From NCBI GenBank assembly GCA_947628065.1, contig CANQYK010000003.1:1-47773 (forward strand): a DNA stretch of 47,773 nucleotides, in the 5' to 3' direction. This DNA is from an uncultured Bacilli bacterium. Lineage in GTDB: Bacteria > Bacillota_I > Bacilli_A > RF39 > UBA660. Below, piece by piece: positions 18,461-28,448 of the stretch (positions within the stretch are counted from its first letter, which is position 1; each line of letters begins with the position of its first letter). The position numbers and the translations under genes are program-made. A model generated the notes under the pieces. That model saw nothing but the letters and a program-made list of their open reading frames with translations. It was not told the DNA's origin and searched no databases.

Positions 18461-19378
18461 ATGTCATTTACAACAAAAATAAAAGAAGAACTTACAACAA
18501 TATCTTTAGAAGATGTGGAATCTTTGTCTTTGTTATCTGGTTTTGTAAGAAATAATGCTACTTATATTAATGATCATTTTGTTTTGACAAGTGAGAATCA
18601 AAACGTAATTACTTATCTATGTAGTCTTATTGATCGTTTGGAAGATGTACAATATGAAATTACGATTACTAGTAGTAATAATTTTAGTAAAAATAATTTA
18701 TACGTTATAAGGATCGCAAAGGGTCTTGAACGTTTTCTTTCTCTTCTTGCTTATCAAGAAGAGGTTGTTCCTTCTTATATGGTTGAAGATGAGATGGAAA
18801 TTCGAAATTATTTAAAGGGTGTTTTCTTAAGTAGTGGTAGTGTAAACGATCCAAAAACGTCAAGGTATCATATGGAACTTACGATTTTATATCCAGAAGA
18901 AGCGGTCTTTGTTCAAAAACTATTAAATAAATTTTCTTTGAATGCGAAAATATTAAGTCGTGATAGAGGATATATGGTTTATTTAAAAGAAGCAGAAAGC
19001 ATTAGTGATTTTTTAAAATTAATGGGAGCTATGGATGCTGTTTTATACTATGAGGAAGTAAGGATTTACCGAGATAAAAAAAATGAGACGAATCGTCTTA
19101 ATAATTGTGAACAAGCAAATATGGATAAGATTTTTAAAACTGCGAAAGAACAATTAGAGTATATCAAAACAATAAGAGAAAACGATGCTTTTGATTTGTT
19201 AGATGAAAAAACAAAAGAAGCGATCTTTTATCGGGAAAAGTATAAGGAAGCATCCCTTAGTGAATTAAGTGAGATTATTAGTTTAGAAACCAATCATAAA
19301 ATAACAAAATCAGGACTGAATCATCGTTTTCGAAAAATAAAAGAATTAGCACTTAAATTAACAGAAAATGAAAAATAA
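18461..19378 (+). CDS. whiA: DNA-binding protein WhiA
   Basis: MSFT..KEEL, FLSSGSVNDP..YH.E, NRLNNCE.AN and TKSGLNHR motifs. Confidence 0.95.
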   Translation: MSFTTKIKEELTTISLEDVESLSLLSGFVRNNATYINDHFVLTSENQNVITYLCSLIDRLEDVQYEITITSSNNFSKNNLYVIRIAKGLERFLSLLAYQEEVVPSYMVEDEMEIRNYLKGVFLSSGSVNDPKTSRYHMELTILYPEEAVFVQKLLNKFSLNAKILSRDRGYMVYLKEAESISDFLKLMGAMDAVLYYEEVRIYRDKKNETNRLNNCEQANMDKIFKTAKEQLEYIKTIRENDAFDLLDEKTKEAIFYREKYKEASLSELSEIISLETNHKITKSGLNHRFRKIKELALKLTENEK

Positions 19379-19477
19379 GATGTATAATTATTGTAAAAAT
19401 TAAGATGAAATATAAAAAGATGTTCCTTTTAACATACATACATGATATAATTGTATGTAGAAAGGAACAAAGAGACA

Positions 19478-20071
19478 ATGAATAAAGAAGATATGATATT
19501 AAATTTGGCGAAAGATAATAATGGAATTATCACTACAAAAGAAGTGGTAAGTAAAAACATAAATAAAGTTTTTTTGACACGATTAGTTAACAATAAAAAA
19601 TTAGAAAGAGTAAAAAAAGGTTTATATGTTTTGCCTTCTACTTGGGGTGATGAATATTTCAATTTAGTTTATGGAAATAATGCAGTTTTTTCTTACGAAA
19701 CATCTTTATATTTTTTAGGCCTTTGTGAATCTGTTCCAAGTGAATATCATATTACAGTAAATAGAGGATATAATGGAAGTTTAAGAAAAATAAAAAAAGT
19801 GAAACTACATTTTGTAAAAAAGGAATTATTTGATTTCGGTATCATTGAGATTAAAAGCCCACAAGGACAGCTTATTAAATGTTATAATGCTGAAAGGTGT
19901 ATATGTGATTTGCTTAAGAATAGAGATCATCAAGATATAGAAACAATTAAATATGCTATAACGGAATATTTGAAGAATAAAAATGAGAGGAATCTTCCTT
20001 TACTTCTTGATTATGCTAAAAAGTTCAATGTTTTAGATGATATTAATAAATATTTGGAGGTGTTAATGTAG
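19478..20071 (+). CDS. abiEi: type IV TA antitoxin AbiEi family
   Basis: N-terminal wHTH (LERVKKGLY), FSYETSLY and ERCICD motifs; ACATACA/TGTATGT inverted repeat around the -10 (19432-19458). Confidence 0.85.
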   Translation: MNKEDMILNLAKDNNGIITTKEVVSKNINKVFLTRLVNNKKLERVKKGLYVLPSTWGDEYFNLVYGNNAVFSYETSLYFLGLCESVPSEYHITVNRGYNGSLRKIKKVKLHFVKKELFDFGIIEIKSPQGQLIKCYNAERCICDLLKNRDHQDIETIKYAITEYLKNKNERNLPLLLDYAKKFNVLDDINKYLEVLM

Positions 20072-20925
20072 TGATTGATGCTGAAGATTTAAAAATTAAA
20101 GTAAAGACCAAAGCTCATGAAAATAGTTCGGAGCCTCAAGATATTATGCAAATGTATTTTTTTGAAAGGCTTTTATATAGAATATCTATAAGTACATACA
20201 AGCATAATTTTATATTAAAAGGTGGATTATTACTATCTGCAATATTTGGCGATGATCGTAGAACAACACAAGATATGGATGCTATGATAAAAGGAATTCC
20301 ACTAGATGTAAAGAAGATAGAAAAAGTTATAAATGAGATAATTAATATAGATTGTGAGGATGGAATAAGTTATCGTTTAAAGAGATCAAGGAAAATAAGA
20401 TTAAATGATAAATATGGAGGAATTAGAGTAAGCTTGATAGGATACAAGGAACATTTACAAGTGCCACTATCTATTGATATAACGGTAGGAGACCCAATTA
20501 CTCCAAGAGAATTAGAATATAGGTATAAATGTATGTTTGATGATTCTTATATTAGTATTATGGCTTTTAATATGGAAACTATTATCGCAGAAAAATTTGA
20601 AACATTCATTTCTGATAATATTATGAATACAAGAACAAAAGATTTTTATGATTTATATATTTTATTAACTAGATATGGTGATAAAATTGATAAAAATGTT
20701 TTAGTAAAAGCAATTAAAAATACTTTTGAAAGAAGAGAAACAGATTTTAATATAGAGAAAATTATGTATGATTTTAATCAAATAAAAGAAAGCGATAGGC
20801 TCATATCAAATTTTAAAAATTATAAAAATAAAAAATCTTATGTATCTAATATTGAATATGATGAAATAATGAAGGCAATTCATTTAGTGATAGAATTATT
20901 ACAAAAAGAATTCATTCCAGTTTAA
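20071..20925 (+). CDS. abiEii: type IV TA toxin AbiEii nucleotidyltransferase
   Basis: ERLLYR, LKGG...RTTQDMD, AEK and TR.KDFYD motifs. Confidence 0.9.
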   Translation: MIDAEDLKIKVKTKAHENSSEPQDIMQMYFFERLLYRISISTYKHNFILKGGLLLSAIFGDDRRTTQDMDAMIKGIPLDVKKIEKVINEIINIDCEDGISYRLKRSRKIRLNDKYGGIRVSLIGYKEHLQVPLSIDITVGDPITPRELEYRYKCMFDDSYISIMAFNMETIIAEKFETFISDNIMNTRTKDFYDLYILLTRYGDKIDKNVLVKAIKNTFERRETDFNIEKIMYDFNQIKESDRLISNFKNYKNKKSYVSNIEYDEIMKAIHLVIELLQKEFIPV

Positions 20926-21018
20926 TAAAAATGGATAAATTTTAAAATTTACCAAAAGAAATAAGTTGATCAAAATAAGAAAGAAACTAGGAAGATATAA
21001 ACTGTTTGTAATTATATT

Positions 21019-21107
21019 AAACCAATCATAAGATAACAAAGTCAGGACTAAATCATCATTTTCGAAAAATAAAAGAATTAGCACTTAAATTAACAGAAAA
21101 TTAAAAA
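21019..21107 (+). pseudogene. duplicate of the whiA 3' end (19287-19375)
   Basis: 84/89 nt identical; three of the five differences are synonymous in the whiA frame. Confidence 0.9.
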
Positions 21108-21181
21108 ATTCCGAAATTAGTCTCATTTGCAACAAATTTCGGAATTTTTTAATTTACACAAAAGAAGATGTATAGTACAAT
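21101..21181 (+). promoter_or_regulatory. inverted repeat/terminator followed by promoter of the AAA ATPase gene
   Basis: TTAAAAAATTCCGAAATT...AATTTCGGAATTTTTTAA; TTTACA-17-TACAAT. Confidence 0.6.
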
Positions 21182-21203
21182 GAAAACGAAAGGATAAATC
21201 TAT

Positions 21204-22454
21204 ATGAAAGAGATACAAAGAGATTTTTATTTAAATCAATTAATAAAGAAAGATGGGAATGGTCAAATAAAGGTTATTACTGGTATTAAAGAAAGTGGAA
21301 AATCCTATTTGCTAAGAAAAATATTTTATCAATATTTATTAAAATATAACGATAAAGATCATATTCTATACATTCCATTGGATATTAAAGAAAATGAACC
21401 TTTTTTAGATGGGAATAAGTTTATTGAATATGTAAAGTCTCTTGTGAAGGATGATAAAAAATATTATTTATTAATTGATGAAATCCAAAAAATGGAAGAT
21501 TTCGTTCCAGTATTAAATACATTTCTTTATGAAGATAATATTGAGGTATATGTGACTGGTTCCAATGCAAACTTATTATCAAAGGATATTGTTACAGAGT
21601 TTCGTGGTAGAGGGGATGAAATACATGTTTATCCACTTAGTTTTCGTGAATACATGAGTGTGTTTGAAGGGGATCAATATGAAGGATATGAACAATATAG
21701 TATTTATGGAGGATTACCTTATACACTTTCTTATGAAACGGATAATGAACGATCTGAATATTTAAAAAATTTGTTTAAGGAAACTTATATTCGTGATATT
21801 GTAGAACGAAATCATATTACAAATGTAGATGAATTAAATGAGTTATTAAATATAATATCTTCACAAATTGGTTCTTTAACAAATCCTCATAATTTACAAA
21901 ATGTATTTAAAAGTGAAAAAAATATTATGTTAAGTGATAAAACAATAAGTAAATATTTGGATTGTTTTGAAGATGCTTTTTTAATAACAAAGGCACAAAG
22001 GTATAATATAAAAGGAAAAAAATATATTAATTCTCCCTATAAATATTATTTTGAAGATTTAGGATTAAGGAATGCTTGGTTAAATTTTCGACAAATAGAT
22101 AAAGGTCATATTATGGAAAATATTATATACAATGAATTGTTAAGAAGAGGATATAATGTTGATGTTGGAGTAGTTGATGTGAGTCAAACAGGAAGTGATA
22201 AGGTTCGTTCGAAACAACAATATGAAGTGGATTTTATTTGTAATTTGGGTAGTAAAAGAATATATATACAATCATCTTATGAAATTACAAACCAGGAAAA
22301 AGAATTGCAAGAGAGAAAATCATTGGTCAACATTGATGATTCTTTTAAAAAAATAATTATTGTTGGTGATGTTAGTAAGCCAAGAATGGATGAGAAGGGA
22401 ATTATAACAATGGGAATTTATTATTTTCTATTAAATGAGGATAGTTTAGATTAA
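21204..22454 (+). CDS. AAA+ ATPase (AAA_14 plus DUF4143 type)
   Basis: GIKESGKS, LIDEIQ, TGSN, YGGLP, KYYFED.GLRN and EVDF motifs. Confidence 0.88.
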   Translation: MKEIQRDFYLNQLIKKDGNGQIKVITGIKESGKSYLLRKIFYQYLLKYNDKDHILYIPLDIKENEPFLDGNKFIEYVKSLVKDDKKYYLLIDEIQKMEDFVPVLNTFLYEDNIEVYVTGSNANLLSKDIVTEFRGRGDEIHVYPLSFREYMSVFEGDQYEGYEQYSIYGGLPYTLSYETDNERSEYLKNLFKETYIRDIVERNHITNVDELNELLNIISSQIGSLTNPHNLQNVFKSEKNIMLSDKTISKYLDCFEDAFLITKAQRYNIKGKKYINSPYKYYFEDLGLRNAWLNFRQIDKGHIMENIIYNELLRRGYNVDVGVVDVSQTGSDKVRSKQQYEVDFICNLGSKRIYIQSSYEITNQEKELQERKSLVNIDDSFKKIIIVGDVSKPRMDEKGIITMGIYYFLLNEDSLD

Positions 22455-22502
22455 TAAAATAGAATTTTTATTGTTTGTAGTAGCAAACAGAAAGGAGAAA
22501 AA

Positions 22503-23633
22503 TTGAGAGGGGTAGTTAGAATATTTTTTAGTGTTTGTCTTTTGATTTTTATTACTGGTTGTAGTATGGACAAACTATCCACAAAATCTGTGGAGAAAAA
22601 GAAAACAGAAGTAAAAGAAGAAGTAGATGATTTGGAAAAAATGACCGATGATATTGTTTCAAAAATGACATTAGAGGAAAAAATTGGTCAATTGTTTTTG
22701 ATTCGCTATGATGCAGAATTAATAGAGAAGGATTTAGAAAACACACCACCTTCTGGTTATGTGTTGTTTGCAAAGGATATAGAGAATGAAACAAAAGAAA
22801 GTTTAAGGGAAAAACTTAAATCTTATCAAGATCGAACAAGTTATAAGCTTATTTTTGCAGTGGATGAAGAGGGTGGATATGTTACTAGAGTTAGTAGATT
22901 TCCTTCGTTTCGGAATGAAAAATTTAAAAGTGTAAGAGATTATTATTTAGAAGGCGGAATTGATAAGTTAGTTGAAATCGAAGAAGAAAAAGATCATTTA
23001 TTAAAAGAGATTGGTGTGAATCTTAATTTAGCGCCAGTGGCAGATGTTTCTCTTGATCCTAATGATTTTATTTATAATCGAACATTAGGAGAAGATGTAT
23101 CTATTGTATCTAATTATATTAACAGAATTGTGGAAAAAGCAAACAGCCTTAATTTCGCTGTTACTTTAAAACATTTTCCAGGATATGGAAATAATGTTGA
23201 TACACATACTGGTGTTAGTATTGATGTAAGGAGCAAAGAAGAATTAGAAAAAGATAGCTTACCTCCCTTTGTGGAAGGAATTAAAAGTAAGGTCCCTGTT
23301 ATTATGATTTCCCACAATATTGTGGAAAGTTACGATAGTGAAAAACCTGCTTCTCTTTCGAAGGCTGTACATGATAAGTTAAGGGAGTTAGGATTTACTG
23401 GGATTATCTTAACAGATGATTTGGATATGGATGCAGTGCAGGAGAGTTTAAATGACGGAAATGAGGCTGTGAGTGCATTTTTAGCAGGAAATGACCTTAT
23501 TATGACATCAAGTTATGAGAAGGATTTGAATGCTTTAAAAGAAGCGTTAGAAAATAAAGTAATAAAGGAAGAAGAAATCGATCAGAAAGTAAGATCCATT
23601 ATAAAATTTAAACATCAATATGGGATCATTTAA
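22503..23633 (+). CDS. GH3 beta-N-acetylhexosaminidase lipoprotein (NagZ-like)
   Basis: Lipobox FITGC, VDEEGG.V.R, NLAPVAD, KHFPGYG..DTH and TDDLDM motifs. Confidence 0.88.
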   Translation: MRGVVRIFFSVCLLIFITGCSMDKLSTKSVEKKKTEVKEEVDDLEKMTDDIVSKMTLEEKIGQLFLIRYDAELIEKDLENTPPSGYVLFAKDIENETKESLREKLKSYQDRTSYKLIFAVDEEGGYVTRVSRFPSFRNEKFKSVRDYYLEGGIDKLVEIEEEKDHLLKEIGVNLNLAPVADVSLDPNDFIYNRTLGEDVSIVSNYINRIVEKANSLNFAVTLKHFPGYGNNVDTHTGVSIDVRSKEELEKDSLPPFVEGIKSKVPVIMISHNIVESYDSEKPASLSKAVHDKLRELGFTGIILTDDLDMDAVQESLNDGNEAVSAFLAGNDLIMTSSYEKDLNALKEALENKVIKEEEIDQKVRSIIKFKHQYGII

Positions 23634-23709
23634 TAGATAAATTTTAATCGTTTGATTTGACCTTTTCTAATATAGATACTATAATAAAGGAAGAAATGAG
23701 GTATTTAAG

Positions 23710-24864
23710 ATGTCAAATAAAATTGATCAAGATGAATATGAAGAACTAGAAGGAAAATGTAAGAAATTAAAAAGAATTAATAACTGGCTAACTTTTTTTG
23801 TAATTGTTGGAGTTTTCGGTGCTATTGTGGTAATAGAATTGTATTTGCACAAAGATGCTTTTGAAAAAACAAATTTAGCAAAAAAATTAAAATCCTATCG
23901 TAATGAGATTAGTAGTAAATATAATGTTGATACTGAATATGTGGAAAGTGTTCATAATGCTGCTTATAAATTAGATTTATCCTCTGTTGATAAAACCAAT
24001 CAGGGAGTTCATCCTAAAGTGATTAATTTTGAAAAAAAGTGGCATGGATATAAATATTGGATGAGTTTTTCTCCTTATCCTGATGGTAATGATAAATATG
24101 AAAATCCTTATTTGGTAGCAAGTAATGATTTGATTCATTGGGAAGCTCCAAAAGGATTAAAAAATCCAATTGAAGATACACCAAAAGAGTATGAACATGA
24201 AAAAGTATATAATTCTGATCCTCATATTGTATATAATAAGGACAAAGATGTAATGGAACTTTATTTTCGTTATGTTAATGTTAACAAAGATCAAATGATT
24301 TTATATAAAAAGACAAGTAAAAATGGTGTTGATTGGACGGATAAAAAAGAAGTTTTATCCGTAAAAGTATCAAAAAAAGATTATATTTCTCCAGCAATCA
24401 TCTATGATGATGGTATATATAAAATGTGGTATGTTGATAAAAATAGAGTTGTTAAATATACGGAAAGTAAAGATGGAAAAAATTGGAAAAAAGAGCGAAC
24501 AATTATACTTTATTATCCACAAGCTCATCTTACCACATGGCATCTTGATGTAATAAAAACAGAGAAAGGTTATGAATTGCTTTCTGTTGCTTATAAAAAT
24601 TGGAAAGATAGGAATGCTATGAATCTTTATTATTTTAAATCTAAAGATAATCAAGATTATGAACAAGGAATTATTATTTTACGACCATCTTTAATTTCAT
24701 GGGATAATCGTGGTATTTATCGTTCTAGTTTTATTTATGAAAATGGTACTTATTATGTATTTTATTCTGCACTATCTACACAGTTTGAACGTGGAATTGG
24801 ATTCTCTTATGGAGAGCATATAGAAAACTTAGTGGGTAGTAATATCAAAGAAAAAGAAGAGTAA
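23710..24864 (+). CDS. membrane-anchored extracellular protein, probable beta-propeller glycoside hydrolase-like fold
   Basis: N-terminal TM segment; HPKV, ENP, SDP and S.DG..W repeats. Confidence 0.55.
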   Translation: MSNKIDQDEYEELEGKCKKLKRINNWLTFFVIVGVFGAIVVIELYLHKDAFEKTNLAKKLKSYRNEISSKYNVDTEYVESVHNAAYKLDLSSVDKTNQGVHPKVINFEKKWHGYKYWMSFSPYPDGNDKYENPYLVASNDLIHWEAPKGLKNPIEDTPKEYEHEKVYNSDPHIVYNKDKDVMELYFRYVNVNKDQMILYKKTSKNGVDWTDKKEVLSVKVSKKDYISPAIIYDDGIYKMWYVDKNRVVKYTESKDGKNWKKERTIILYYPQAHLTTWHLDVIKTEKGYELLSVAYKNWKDRNAMNLYYFKSKDNQDYEQGIIILRPSLISWDNRGIYRSSFIYENGTYYVFYSALSTQFERGIGFSYGEHIENLVGSNIKEKEE

Positions 24865-24910
24865 TCTTAAAGTTGCTTTTCTTTCTTTGTTTACTGTTAT
24901 AAAATTTGAA

Positions 24911-24992
24911 AATGGAAAAATTTGGTATTTAATAGAGATTTCGTAATTACTTCTTTTACTGAAATAAGATAAAGTTAATACACAATCAAGAA
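24911..24992 (-). pseudogene. degraded acpS fragment, copy 1
   Basis: Aligns to acpS 28574-28702 with deletions; 24926-24971 is identical to 26979-27024. Confidence 0.75.
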
Positions 24993-25214
24993 AATAGGTG
25001 CGTAGTAACGAAAAAAAACAAATTTTTATCAGAATTTTTCTTTCAAATAAAAAGAAAAATGTGTATAATACAAGTGCATTAGATATGTTTAAACTCTTTG
25101 GTTGAAATTTATAATCCAACACATTTTATTTTGTAAGAACTATCTGTAAAAGATAAAGACTTTTTGTCAGAATTTTGATACAATTTAAATAGAATAGATA
25201 AGGTAGGTGATTTG

Positions 25215-26069
25215 ATGGAGAAATATAAAATTAAAAGGGTAGGAACTGATTTTAGATTTATACAAAATGAACCTATCGTGCGTGGTTCACGAAAAAAGAT
25301 GTTAGCTATTACTAATAAATGGGAAATGACTATGTTCAAATATGAACGCGAAGATTATGATTGTAGTGAAGCTTGCTCTGAAAAGTTAGCATATGAGATT
25401 GCAAAAGTTTTGGGATATGGTTGTGCTAGAATTGAATTAGCAGTTGATAATGATAACAAGATAGGAGTTTTAAACTATTATTTTTCTGATAGATTTAATG
25501 CTCCACATACTGATATTGTTGCATATTTAAATAAAAATACTAAGGAGCGAAATAGTTATTATACTATTTCAAATATTAAATCTGTATTGGATGATATAGA
25601 TACTGATTTATTTGGAAATTTTATTAAAATAATGATTTTTGATGCATTAATAGGGGAACAAGATAGACATGAAGAAAATTGGGGAATTACAGAAAAGCAA
25701 GGAAAAAGCTTTATTTCTCCACTATATGATAATGGTGATAGTTTACTAAGAGAGTTTAGAAATATAGACAATGCTCAAAAATATTATGATGGTACAAAAG
25801 ACTTTGATGCATATATAGATAGAAGTCAGACAATAATATACAAGGAAGATAATAAAAGTAAATATAAACATTTTGAATTGATTAAATATTTATACGATAA
25901 TTATCCAAAATATGTTATTCCTGAAATTAATAATTTAAAGAAACTTACTGATGAGATAATAGAAGAAATAGTAAATAAAATACCAGATGAATTGTTGACG
26001 AATGAACATAAAAAATATATAATAATGTACTTAATCAGACGAAGAACCATACTATTAAATATAACGTAA
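25215..26069 (+). CDS. HipA/CtkA-like Ser/Thr kinase
   Basis: MFK..., SEKLAYEIA, DALIGEQDRHEENWG and SPLYDNG motifs. Confidence 0.85.
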   Translation: MEKYKIKRVGTDFRFIQNEPIVRGSRKKMLAITNKWEMTMFKYEREDYDCSEACSEKLAYEIAKVLGYGCARIELAVDNDNKIGVLNYYFSDRFNAPHTDIVAYLNKNTKERNSYYTISNIKSVLDDIDTDLFGNFIKIMIFDALIGEQDRHEENWGITEKQGKSFISPLYDNGDSLLREFRNIDNAQKYYDGTKDFDAYIDRSQTIIYKEDNKSKYKHFELIKYLYDNYPKYVIPEINNLKKLTDEIIEEIVNKIPDELLTNEHKKYIIMYLIRRRTILLNIT

Positions 26070-26084
26070 AAAGAGGTGATAAGA

Positions 26085-26765
26085 ATGAAAGAAGAATTAT
26101 GGCTAATTTGGAAAGATCCAATTTCACGTAGAAGATATAAAATTGGATCATTAATGAAAGAAAATAACAAATATATATTTCATTATGTTAATCCAGAATT
26201 AAATGATGCTAGAACGGTAGGATTTAAATATTTTCCAGGTTTTGAAGATTTAACAAAATCATATGAAAGTGATGTTTTATTTACAAATATTTTAACAAGA
26301 TTACCAAATGAAACAAGGCCAGATTATTTAGAAATTTTAAATTGTTATAATTTGGAAAAAGATTCAAATGATTTTGATATTTTAAAAGCAACACGTGGTA
26401 GAACATTTACGGATAATTATGAATTTGTTCCAGCTTTTGATTCAAGTAAAATTGAGTTTGATGTGGCAGGAACAAGTCATTGTAGTGATGTAAAAGAATG
26501 CATAGAATATCTTAAGGTTAATAAAAAATTATATTTAGATCCAGAACCAGAAAATTTAAAGGATCCCAATGCAATTAAAATTATTTTTAAAGAAAATGGT
26601 AAATCATATCATTTGGGTTATGTACCAAGATATTATTGTAAAGAATTATTAGCAGAATTAAAAAAAGGAACTCAATATTCTGCAATGATTCAAAGCTTAA
26701 ATCTAGAATCACAATTAAGTGATGAGAATATTACTGCTAATGTTAAGCTCATTCTTAATATTTAA
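26085..26765 (+). CDS. HipA-N/HipS-like domain fused to HIRAN domain
   Basis: IG.L...Y.F.Y and F..RLP...RPDY N-terminal pattern; C-terminal F.VAG...EPEN..DPNAI...LGYVPRYY HIRAN pattern. Confidence 0.82.
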   Translation: MKEELWLIWKDPISRRRYKIGSLMKENNKYIFHYVNPELNDARTVGFKYFPGFEDLTKSYESDVLFTNILTRLPNETRPDYLEILNCYNLEKDSNDFDILKATRGRTFTDNYEFVPAFDSSKIEFDVAGTSHCSDVKECIEYLKVNKKLYLDPEPENLKDPNAIKIIFKENGKSYHLGYVPRYYCKELLAELKKGTQYSAMIQSLNLESQLSDENITANVKLILNI

Positions 26766-26788
26766 TTCTAAATACCACATTTAGAAAA

Positions 26789-26817
26789 AGAGTACTAGCT
26801 TTTTGCTAGTACTCTCT
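26789..26817. terminator. hairpin after the HIRAN gene
   Basis: AGAGTACTAGC-T-run-GCTAGTACTCT. Confidence 0.65.
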
Positions 26818-26978
26818 AAAAAAATACATCCTTTTAGTAACTACAATTTTATTAAAATTAGAGTAAAAAATAGAGTTAGCTTTTTGACTAGCTCTGTAGA
26901 ATGCCTAACGACATATTGTATTTAAACAATACCATAAAAAGCATTTCTGCTTTTGTAACAATAATTCTATATTATTGT

Positions 26979-27057
26979 TATTTAATAGAGATTTCGTAAT
27001 TACTTCTTTTACTGAAATAAGATAGTTAGTACAAGATCAAGAAATCGTTTGTCTTTT
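26979..27057 (-). pseudogene. degraded acpS fragment, copy 2
   Basis: 27025-27057 equals acpS 28684-28716 exactly (33 nt); the remainder aligns to 28589-28649 with a deletion. Confidence 0.85.
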
Positions 27058-27167
27058 AGGGGGTGAGTAGTAACTAGAAACTCTCTTTTATTTTAGTATT
27101 TAGGTTGTGAACAAAATCTTTGGAATGATATAATTATAGTATAAATATTATAAGTGAGGTGATTTAC

Positions 27168-28358
27168 ATGAAGCGTATACTTATGAACAAAGATAAAGAA
27201 GTATTGGTTGTTGAATATGATACTGCCTCAAGTGTTTTTATTAGAATATATGAAGTTATAGATATTAACTATGCTCCATATATTTTAAAAAGTTTTTATA
27301 TTGAAGATAATATTAATGATACGCCTTTTAGAACGAATTTAAGTGAATGGTTTAAAGGAAGAGGAATTCCATCATGGCGTGATAGATTAGATTTATTATT
27401 ACATAGACTAAACATAACTGCACCTTATGAATTGTTGGATAAAGCTTTTGGGTTATCTTTATCCGATCAATATTGGTTGAAACCAGAAGGTAGTAATATT
27501 TCTTATGATGATATTAATTTTTTTGATCATGATTTTGATTATGCTGAATTTATGGAAGCATCGTTATCAACGAATAGTAAAACCATTATAAAAGAGTCAT
27601 CTTTAAAGACTCCTAATAACACAACCGATGGAATGCTTAAAAAAGCTTGGATTATTGAAAATGGTACAAGATATTTATTAAAGGGTGGTTATAAAAACGA
27701 AACCTTGCAACCATTTAATGAAGTATTAGCTAGTGAAATATGCAAACGATTAGGGTTTGATCATGTGGAATATACGATAGATACCTATAAAGATATAGTA
27801 GTATCCAAATGTCCTTGTTTTATTACGAAAGATACAGAACTTATTACTTGTTATCAAATTAAAAATGATATGAAAAGGCATGATAATTTAGAAGATTATG
27901 AAGAGTATATTAAGAAATTAGAAGAGCATAAGATAGAAAATGCTAGAGAAAAGCTTGAAAATATGTTTATTTTAGATTATATCATTATGAATGAAGATCG
28001 GCATTTGAATAACTTTGGAATTGTAAGGGATGTTAATACTTTAGAATGGTTAGATGTTGCGCCAATATTTGATAATGGTCAAAGTTTAAATATAGAGTAT
28101 TATGATGATGAAGAGGTACATATTTCAGGTAATGGAAGATTATTTTATGAAATAAAGCCTTTCGATGAAATCATTAAAATTGTAAAAGATTTTAAAAGAA
28201 TCGATATCAGTAAGTTAGATGGTATTGTTGAATGGTTTGATCATTTATTACATCAATATCAAGATTTAACGAAAATGAGTGATAAAAGAATAGAAAGATT
28301 ATGTATTTTATTGAATCGACAAATTAATAAATTAAAAGAATTGATTTTAAATAGTTAA
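27168..28358 (+). CDS. stand-alone HipA-like kinase
   Basis: W...R.IP..R, SLSDQYW, TDGMLKKAW, YLLKG, NEVLAS, NEDRHLNNFG and APIFDNG motifs. Confidence 0.83.
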   Translation: MKRILMNKDKEVLVVEYDTASSVFIRIYEVIDINYAPYILKSFYIEDNINDTPFRTNLSEWFKGRGIPSWRDRLDLLLHRLNITAPYELLDKAFGLSLSDQYWLKPEGSNISYDDINFFDHDFDYAEFMEASLSTNSKTIIKESSLKTPNNTTDGMLKKAWIIENGTRYLLKGGYKNETLQPFNEVLASEICKRLGFDHVEYTIDTYKDIVVSKCPCFITKDTELITCYQIKNDMKRHDNLEDYEEYIKKLEEHKIENAREKLENMFILDYIIMNEDRHLNNFGIVRDVNTLEWLDVAPIFDNGQSLNIEYYDDEEVHISGNGRLFYEIKPFDEIIKIVKDFKRIDISKLDGIVEWFDHLLHQYQDLTKMSDKRIERLCILLNRQINKLKELILNS

Positions 28359-28448
28359 TATAATAATATTCTATTTCAAGTGAAGAAGGATTAATGGAAA
28401 AAATTGGAAATTGTAATACTAAAAAAAGCAGCTTTAGAGTTGCTTTTT

